64,000 bases of DNA from Octopus sinensis (lineage: Eukaryota), in assembly GCF_006345805.1 (NCBI RefSeq), contig NC_043010.1, forward strand, positions 11,656,001 through 11,720,000, in the 5' to 3' direction. How positions within the stretch are numbered: the stretch's first letter is position 1; each line of letters opens with the position of its first letter. A program made the translations under genes and the position numbers. Below the pieces are notes generated by a model. It did not search any database and had not been told where the DNA came from. It saw nothing but the letters and a program-made list of their open reading frames with translations. Below, piece after piece: positions 55,500 to 64,000 of the stretch.

Positions 55500-55690
55500 T
55501 AGGGAGAATTCACAAAAAAAAACAAAAGACAAAGACAGGTGGTGTAAACAACAAACAGATGTATTAGTTTAATGCTCAGGAAGTGAAAAAGTCTTAATGT
55601 TTCGGGCCTATGCTCTTCCACAGAAAGGAACACAGAAAGAAACAAGGAGAGAAAATAATGAATGTGTAGTGGCTAGTGATCTATCATGGC
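55500..55690 (-). mobile_element. Short Penelope-like remnant with a variant hammerhead; same family as 62695-62902
   Basis: Minus strand CUUU-CUGUGGA-A-GAGC-AUAG-GCCC-GAAACAUU-AAG; inserted in (AT)n. Confidence 0.55.
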
Positions 55691-55816
55691 AAATCATATA
55701 TATATATATATATAATTAAAATCAAAATAAGGGTGAAAAAATTGGATATTAATTTAATAACATCAATTTAAACACCAGTGGCCTAGTGCATAAAAGACTG
55801 AGATTCAGTAAATATT

Positions 55817-56072
55817 ATTAATACACAAATATGAGAGAGAATCCACTATGTGGATGCTCTAACGCTAAAGATAGATCCGCAAGGGTCTGAACCTCTAACA
55901 ATTGTTCTCGAGAAGAATTTAGCACACTATGAACATAAGCGAGCAGGACAAATGAAAAATAACAAAAATATAGATTACCCCAGACAATTCTTAGTGGTTC
56001 AGACCCTTGCGGATCTATTTTTAGCGTTAGAGCATCCACATAGTGGATTCTCTCTCATATTTGTGTATTAAT
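55817..56072. mobile_element. Fold-back element with about 85-bp near-perfect arms
   Basis: 55817-55900 is the reverse complement of 55988-56072 and contains the hairpin AGATCC-GCAA-GGGTCT. Confidence 0.75.
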
Positions 56073-56076
56073 ATAT

Positions 56077-56124
<48 letters not shown>

Positions 56125-56497
56125 CATACATACATACATACACATGTATGTATGTATGTATGTATGTATGTATGTATGCATCATCATAATCGTTTGATGT
56201 CCACTTTTCATGCTAGCATGGGTTGGACGATTTGACTAAGTACTAGCGAACTAGATCGCTGCACCAGACTCCAATCTTGATGTGGCAGAGTTTCTACAGC
56301 TGGATGCCCTTCCTAATGCCAACTGCTCCAAGAGTGTAGTAGGTGCTTTTACATGCCACCAGCACAAGGGCCAGTCAGGTGGTACTGGCAACGGCCTGTA
56401 TGTATGTATGTATGTATGTATGTATGTATGTATGTATGTATGTATGTATGTATGTATATAAAATTTATCTTCATCATTATCAGAAGCAGCATTTTAA

Positions 56498-56719
56498 CCC
56501 TTTAGTGTTCAGATTACTCTGTTAAATGTAATATTTTTTTAATTCAAATTGTTTTGAATTAATCATGCATTATCTCATTGCTTAGAGGTTTCAATGATGT
56601 GATTGTTTATTTTTAGACTGTCAGTGTAGGTTAGGTGTGAGAGGCTAGATATCGCCAGTTTGAATATAAAATATGTAGAATATATTGGGCCAGATTTGGC
56701 CAGTTTAAACACTAAAGGG
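56498..56719. mobile_element. TTAA-type MITE (second family)
   Basis: TTAA|CCCTTTAGTGTT ... AACACTAAAGGG|TTAA. Confidence 0.88.
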
Positions 56720-57044
56720 TTAATGTACATTTATTTATGCTTGCATGAGTCAGATAGAATTCACTCAGATGCTGATATGACAAGAAGGCACAAACACACA
56801 CACATTCACACACTAACACATGATTTTTTTGATTTTGATTTTTCCAGTTTCAGCTTATGAGCTGTGGCCATGCTGGGGCACCGCCATTAAAACAAATGCT
56901 TCGCCCATATAAAACTTTGATAGGTATGGCTTATAGTTGAAGACACTTTTCCAGTGAGCTACATAGTAGGACTGAACCTGAAACCATGTGATCTGGAAGC
57001 AAGCTTCTTAACCATGCAACAAAACCTAAACTTTTCTAAGTATC

Positions 57045-57448
57045 TCTCTTGCTCTCTTTTACTTGTTTCAGTCATTTGACTGCGGCCATGCTGGAGCACC
57101 GCCTTTAGTTGAGCAGATCGACCCCGGGACTTATTCTTTGTAAGCCCAGTACTTATTCTATTGGTCTCTTTTGCCGAACCGCTAAATGACGGGGGACATA
57201 AACACACCAGCATCGGTTGTCAAGCAATGCTAGGGGGACAAACACAGACACACAAACATATACACACATATATATATACATATATACGACAGGCTTCTTT
57301 CAGTTTCCGTCTACCAAATCCACTCACGAGGCATTGGTCGGCCCAGGGCTATTGCAGAAGACACTTGCCCAAGGTGCCACGCAGTGGGACTGAACCCGGA
57401 ACCATGTGGTTGGTAAGCAAGCTACTTACCACACAGCCACTCCTGTGC
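57045..57448 (-). mobile_element. SINE family A
   Basis: Homology to family A. Confidence 0.92.
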
Positions 57449-58459
57449 CTATTTAGAAGTATGCCAGTAATTTTATAAAAGTATGAACAATAATTTTGCT
57501 ATACATATTTTGTAAAAATAAAATTGTAATTTTAATCTTGAATATACAATATTTAAAACGATAGATTCAACATACATTTCTTTTCTTTTAGGCAACGTTG
57601 CCACAGCTACAACCCAAGTTTTTAAGATTTTCTTTATTTTCATTTTGCTTTTTTATTAATGATGATGCATTTATAAAACAATTTCTATTTCTTTACCAAG
57701 TTTAAGCAAAAACAGTTACGTATTAAAATTTTTTTTCTTTGTGTATTTTTCACAATGACATTTTTACAAAATTATAGTTGCTTCACATGTGGAAACTTTA
57801 ACCAGAGTTTTAGAAATTTTGTTAATATAGAGCCATTGGAACTTTTGAAGAAAATAACTAAATACACAAGATAAATATTTATGACTGACTTCCTCCTTCC
57901 TCGGAGTAATTGTCAATCAGTCACTCACTTTACCTTAGGTCTCTCTCTATCTAACTTTACAGTTCACACTGATTCTTATATCAGCATCTTGGTGACATGC
58001 CACATTCTTAGATTTATCTCATTACAGCATGTCACTTGTACTTCAATATCTATTTAGAAGTTATCTTTTATTCATTTATAAAACTCAGCTAATTCTATTA
58101 GAGCTTTGATTGCTCTGTTAGATTCAGAATAGAACAACGGCTTCATAACAACAAGATTTAGGAAGTTTTTCTCTTATTGCAATGCAATTTCCTTTAATAA
58201 TTCAGAGCAAAAAGGCAAGTCTAAAACACCTCACGGTTTCAAATCAGCAAGATTATTCAGAAATCAAATTTTGTCTTCCAGCTTGACAAAGAAATATTCT
58301 CTGTTTAAGCAATTTTCTTGGCAGTCAAATGTTGGTACCAAATTTATCAGAATCTCTCTCTCTCTCTCTTTCCTCTCTCTCTTTCTCTCTCTCCCCCTCT
58401 CTCTGTCACTTTCTCTTTTACCTTATATCTGTTCCTTTTTCTCTGCATATTTATTTTCA

Positions 58460-59420
58460 TCCTTTTTATTTGTTTCAGTCGTTAGACTGAGGCCATGCTG
58501 GGGCACTGCTTTCAATGATTTTCATCGAACAAATCAACCCCAGCACTCATATTTTTAAAGCCTGGTACTTATTCGATCAATCTGTTTTCGCTAAGCCACT
58601 AAGTTATGGAGACATAACCACACCAACACCTGTTGTCAAGTGGTGGTGAGAAACAAATGCAGGCAGAAACACAAACACACACACATGGGCTTCTCTCAGT
58701 TTCCATTTACCAAATCCACTCAAAAGGCTTCAGTCAGCCTGAGGCTACAGTAGGAGACATTTGTCCAAAGTGTCACACAGGGGAACTGAATCCAAATCTA
58801 TGCTGTTGGGAAGCAAACTTCTTACCATCCAGCTGCTCCTATGTATGTATGTATGTATGTATGTATGTATATGATAAACGTCGCCCTTTTCAAACCTAGC
58901 CAAGCTCATGGGCCCGGTTTCCCGGTTTCTGTGGTGTATGTGTTCCCCCCAGCTGGATGGGACGCCAGTCCATCGCAGCGTTACTCAAGAAACAGGAAGA
59001 GAGAGTGAAAGAAAGTTGTGGTGAAAGAGTACAACAGGGGTTGCCAGCAACCCCTGCCGGAGCCTCATGGAGCTTTTAGGTGTTTTCGCTCAATAAACAC
59101 ACACAACGCCAAGTCTGGGAATCAAAACTGCAATTTTCCGACCGCGAGTCTGCTGCCCTAACCACTGGGCAATTGCGCCTCCACCAAATAAATGTGCCCT
59201 TTTAAAGCCTAGCCAGGCTCATGAGCCCAGTTTCCTTGTTTCAATGGTGTATGACGCCAGTCCATCGCAGCGTTACTCATTTTTGCCAGCTGAGTGGGCT
59301 GGAGCAATGTGAAATGAAGTGTTTTGCTCAAGAACACAACACGCCACCCAGTCCAGGAATCGAAACCACAATCTTATGATCATGATGCTGACACCCTAAC
59401 CACTAAGCCACACGCCACCA
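58460..59420 (-). mobile_element. SINE cluster: degenerate family A (58460-58838) and two family D-related copies (58880-59185, 59190-59420)
   Basis: tRNA-like heads on the minus strand; shared GACGCCAGTCCATCGCAG block. Confidence 0.8.
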
Positions 59421-60054
59421 CAGATGTATGTATGTATGTATTTATGTGTATTTATGTTTGCATGTGTATGTGTGTGTGGTACTGAAATGGTGATTGCAAC
59501 TTACTAAAATGAAATTTTATCTTTCATCAGTTTCATATCTTGCCTTGATTACATTTGCATTCTATTTGCCTAGGGGGTCAATAAAATAAGTACTGACCAA
59601 ATACTGGCATTGATTTAATGAGCTGTTCCTATTATCCAAAATTTATGGCTTGTAACTAACTCAAAACCAGAAACAACAATGTAACTCTAGTAGTATTCAA
59701 GAAGTTCTTCAACCATTCTACATGGTTTTATTCCGCTAGGCCTGATTTTTTTTTAGACTACTCCTAACATTTTTATAGCATCTTTGTTTTGATCAACAGA
59801 AGTTAAGAAAAACAATTACAGAGAATGATGATGAAGATAATGATCCTTTCTACTAAAGGAACAAGGGCTGAAAATTTGGGGAAGGGGATTAGTTGATTAC
59901 ATCAAACCCAATGTGATTTTACAAACAAATTTTTTCTAAAAGTTAAATCAGTTGTGCATAAATGAAGTAATAATGCAATTGCAGCGTGGAAGGTGTTTGT
60001 AAGCCATTTAAGAAACACAAAAGCCATTCGATTCCCTTCAACATTTAAGTTTAA

Positions 60055-60105
60055 TTTGTCAAAATATTTTCGTCGCTTTAAGACCGCGACCTGTTCACTG
60101 ACAAA
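60055..60105 (-). ncRNA. Minimal type-I hammerhead motif, G3:C8 variant (left arm)
   Basis: Reverse complement is the same motif as 60128-60178, differing only in loop II. Confidence 0.7.
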
Positions 60106-60127
60106 AATCCAAGATGCAGCACGGATT

Positions 60128-60178
60128 TTTGTCAGTGAACAGGTCGCGGTCTTATAGCGACGAAAATATTTTGACAAA
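60128..60178 (+). ncRNA. Minimal type-I hammerhead motif, G3:C8 variant (right arm)
   Basis: Helix I 60128-60134/60172-60178, core GUGAACA 60135-60141, helix II 60143-60147/60157-60161, GAA 60162-60164, palindrome AAUAUU 60165-60170, predicted cut after U60171. Confidence 0.72.
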
Positions 60179-60329
60179 TTAAACTTAAATGTTGAAGTGA
60201 ATCGAACGGCTTTCGTGTGTTTCTTAAATGGCTTACAAACACTTTCCACGCTGCAATTGTTTTCGTTTCAGCACACGATCTCAGATCAAATCACTTGCTA
60301 TGCAAGTACATCTCCGAAATAATAATGAG

Positions 60330-60450
60330 AACTAAGCAAAATTTTTGAAAAATTCAAGGATCGTCTTAGTTGGGACAAAGAAAGCTGCTTAATAGGAACA
60401 GCAAAGATCTTAGGAATGGTGCTGGATACCTAAGGTTGCAGGATATGACT
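60330..60450 (+). mobile_element. R4/NeSL-like LINE extreme 3' fragment
   Basis: KAA..IGTAKILGMVLDT* type C-terminus. Confidence 0.5.
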
Positions 60451-60517
60451 CCCTATTCACAACAATGAACCAGCATACCATCTAAGACTGAGAGATAAAA
60501 ACAAATAATACTAACCA

Positions 60518-60910
60518 TATTAACCATCTTACAAACAATAACTCTGAGCACCTTTTCAAACTCCACCTGTCTAACACCTGTGGACATGTTTACAAAGTCA
60601 GAAAACAGCACAGCTCCCATGACTTTAGGAAACATATTTTCATGCTAAGAGTTGCTGAAGCATGGAACAAACTGCCGGCATCAGTTGTTAGTTGTCGGAG
60701 CACTGCATCCTTCAAAACTTCTATGCTTCCTGAGATTTACCAACACTACACCTGATTTTCTCCCCTCCATACACACGCAAGCATGTATCTAACTCATACA
60801 CTGTTCACTTTCCAGACATTTGTACATTACTGCATATGCTTTATACGCACTTTCTGACAAGTTGTGGTGCACCTGAGCACTGTATACAATAATGTCATTA
60901 TTATTATTGT
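60518..60910 (+). mobile_element. CR1-clade LINE 3' end
   Basis: NTCGHVYKVRKQHSSHDFRKHIFMLRVAEAWNKLPASVV..FK motif; 3'UTR ending in (ATT)n. Confidence 0.88.
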
Positions 60911-62643
60911 CATTTAACAAAGCTTGAGAGATGGATGTTAAAAATTTAATGTTTGAACTAGTAAATACCAAAGAATACCCACAAAACTAGAAGCTCTATT
61001 GCGTACAAAATATCAGCAAGCGAATAATCATAACAAACTTAGAACAGATATAATGGTCAAATAAATCTGTGAGTGCTGAAAACAATTTGACAACAATGCT
61101 TATATTTTTTTTCTTTTATTCTTCCACTTATCTCAGTCATTGAACTGCAACTATCCTGAGGTGATGACATTAAGACTTCAGCCACTGATGCCAATAACAG
61201 TATTTATTTCAGTCTAGTATGTATTTTATCCTAATGTTTGAAACTGATAATTTACTTTTTTATGTAAAGAGATATGATTTTAAACACAGGTTTATGCTAT
61301 TATATACAAAGGCACACACTTGCACACACACTCATGCAGAGCTACATACACACACACACACATATGGCCATACATCTATTACTCTCTCTTTTTCAGTCAA
61401 GCCACTCATACAATTCTTCTATTCAATCTCCTTATCAACAACAATCATGTAACTGCACACCATTGACTCTTTTCCATTAGCACCATATCTATCACACTCT
61501 CATTACTTTTACCCCTTCATTATAATCTCTCTGGCATGACCCCTCTTACCCTTGTACTCTTTTTTTCTGTCACCCTCTTTCTACCCATCCCCAATGTTAC
61601 TTTGCATTGAATACACAGAGAAAAGGAAGACTAGAGACAAAACTCATTAGATTTACTAGGAATCTAGCTCTAGTGCCTCTCCATTTCTGGTGCCATGATA
61701 AAATGCGTACACTGAATTGTGCAAAGTTATTGAAAAAATAATTAGAGACAACTAAATGCTGCTGCATGTGTATGTGTGTATGTGTGTGAGAGAGAGAAGG
61801 TGTGTGTGTGTGTGTGGACAGCTTTATGATTCATCTTGTTTCTTGTATCAGAATTGAGTACTTTGTTTAAATCGTGAAAGCTCTTGTTTCTATAAACCAG
61901 CGTTTCCTATAAATATATACATACACATAGACGCACATGTATGCATGTTATGATATGTGTGTATATATATATATATATATCATCATCATCATCATCATCA
62001 TTATCGTTTAACGTCCGCTTTCCATGCTAGCATGGGTTGGACGGTTCAAGTGGGGTCTGGGAAGCCAGAAGGCTGCATCAGGCCCAGTCTGATCTGGCAA
62101 TGTTTCTACAGCTGGATGCCCTTCCTAACTCCAACCACTCCGTGAGTGTACTGGGTGCTTTTTACATGCCACCGGCACAGGTGCCAGATGAGGCTGGCAA
62201 ACGGCCACGATTGGATGATGCTTTTTATGTGCCACCAGCACGGAGACCAGACGAAGCTGGCAACATATATATATATATATATATATATTAGTAGAGTTAG
62301 AGGTTGGAATAACCGTCTAAGGGATGAAAGTATCCATTATACTACTGGTATAATTATCTATGTTAACCTTGAATATACATATGCAAGCATATTATGCTCA
62401 TAGATTACAGGTAATGACAAGGTTAAGTAAGAGTTTATCAGGAATCAAATCTGTATTGACTTAAATTACATATACATATGTTTCAAGACTGGGCCAAAAT
62501 TATCATATTTATATGTACGTATATTTCAGTTTCTATCTGCCAAATTCACAGGGCTATAGTAGAAGACACTTGCCCAAGATGCCATGCAGTAGGACTGAAC
62601 TCAAGCCCACATGGCTATGAAACAAGTTTCTTAACTACAAAGC

Positions 62644-62681
<38 letters not shown>

Positions 62682-62694
62682 ATTTATATATAAA

Positions 62695-62902
62695 ACGGGA
62701 AGTTTTCCGAAAATAAACAAAAGACGAAGGCAGGTGGAGTACAAACAAACAAATGTATTAGTATGGCACTCAGGAATAGAAATGGAACAAGTTTTTTACA
62801 TTTCGAGCCTACGCTCTTCGGCAGAAAGATACACAGAAAAGAAACAAGGAGAGAAACAAGGAGAGAAAAAAATGCATGTAGGAGCTAACGGGCTATCATG
62901 GC
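62695..62902 (-). mobile_element. Short Penelope-like remnant with a variant hammerhead at 62792-62829
   Basis: UCUUU-CUGCCGA-A-GAGC-GUAG-GCUC-GAAAUGUA-AAAAA; flanked by (AT)n. Confidence 0.6.
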
Positions 62903-62906
62903 GTTC

Positions 62907-62940
<34 letters not shown>

Positions 62941-63254
62941 TACATATACATATATATATATACACACATACATATATATATATATACATATGTATGTGTA
63001 TCATCTGAACGTAGCCGATGCCAGTGCCGCCTTGGCTGGCTTCCGTGCCGATGGCACATAAAAAGCAGCCACTACACTCACGAAGTGGTTGGTGTTAGGA
63101 AGGGCATCCAGCTATAGAAACACTGCCAGATCAGACTGGAGCCTGGTGCAGCCTCCTGGCTTCCCAGACCCCCGTCGAACCATCCAACCCATGCTAGCAT
63201 GGAAAGTGGACGTTAAACGATGATGATGATGATGATGATATATATACATATATA

Positions 63255-63578
63255 GTGAAAGTGCATGGCTGAGTGGTTAGGGTATTTGGCTCACAATTGT
63301 AAGGTTGTGAGTTCAATACCTGGTGGCATGTTGCATCCTTGAGCAAGACATTTAATTTCACATTGCTCTCAGTCCACTCAGGTGGTAAAAATTAGTAGTG
63401 TCTATATTTCAAAAGGGAGCCCTGTCACATTCTGTGTCACACTGAATCTCCTGGAGAACTACGTTAACGTTATGCCTATTAGTGGAGCGCTCAGCCACTT
63501 GTATATTAAATTCATGAGCAGGCTGTTCCATTGATCGGATCAACTGGAACCCTTATCATTGTAACCAATAGAGTGCCA
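63255..63578 (+). mobile_element. Degenerate tRNA-derived SINE sharing the family D tail
   Basis: TGGCTGAGTGGTTAG..GAGTTCAATAC head; GAGCAGGCTGTTCCATTGATCGGATCAACTGGAACCC tail. Confidence 0.8.
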
Positions 63579-63587
63579 GTTATATAC

Positions 63588-63618
<31 letters not shown>

Positions 63619-63623
63619 CATAC

Positions 63624-63673
<50 letters not shown>

Positions 63674-64000
63674 GTATATATACATATACATATATGCATA
63701 CATATATACATACATTCATACATATATATATGTGTGTGTGTGTGTGTATATATATGTATGAATGTAAGTATAATTGTAAGTGTAAGTCTACATATAAGCA
63801 CATATACAAATTTATACACACAATCACATATATGTTTGTATATGTATACACACACACAAATACCCCGCCCCCGCCCAGCATCTCTGTAATATCATGCATT
63901 GTGTGTATATAATGAAGCAGTGTTGTCCCCCAATAATCTATGTATCTGTTTACCAAAATATCATTGTGATGATTGATAATATTGTTTCAACATCGAAACC

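Larger units (their letters stand above)
59976..60319. mobile_element. Asymmetric palindromic mini-element carrying G3:C8 hammerheads on both strands, copy 2
   Basis: About 135-bp arms (59976-60110 and 60123-60259), 12-nt loop, 60-bp one-sided tail. TSD TAATAATG at 59968-59975 and 60320-60327. Confidence 0.9.

Noticed and set aside
55818-56071. Two ORFs with identical N-termini on opposite strands
   Set aside because: An artefact of the inverted repeat.

Overview
This is eukaryotic, AT-rich DNA saturated with microsatellites and transposable elements. The SINE families and (AT)/(AGAT) density suggest a coleoid cephalopod such as Octopus; this is recognition from memory, not a database result. 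I cannot support any intact host gene. Almost all listed ORFs are microsatellite or repeat artefacts, so the window is probably intergenic or a large intron. Recognisable coding remnants are all from transposons: the 3' end of a young Tx1/L1-clade LINE (1-1610), a rearranged mariner (5444-7427), a Mag-type Gypsy element (20678-23844), and RTE, CR1, R4/NeSL-like and Penelope-like fragments. There are also two non-autonomous Helitrons, TTAA (piggyBac-like) MITEs, an 8-bp-TSD MITE with internal TTAGGG repeats, and at least four SINE-like families. The most notable signal is a set of short fold-back elements carrying minimal type-I hammerhead ribozyme (HHR) motifs of the Penelope-associated kind. 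One TSD-flanked family (50995-51295, 59976-60319) has perfect helices and a G3:C8 compensatory swap of the conserved C3:G8 core pair. The mariner and the Gypsy element also show inverted-end architectures. Coordinates of degenerate repeats are approximate and identities are by-eye estimates.
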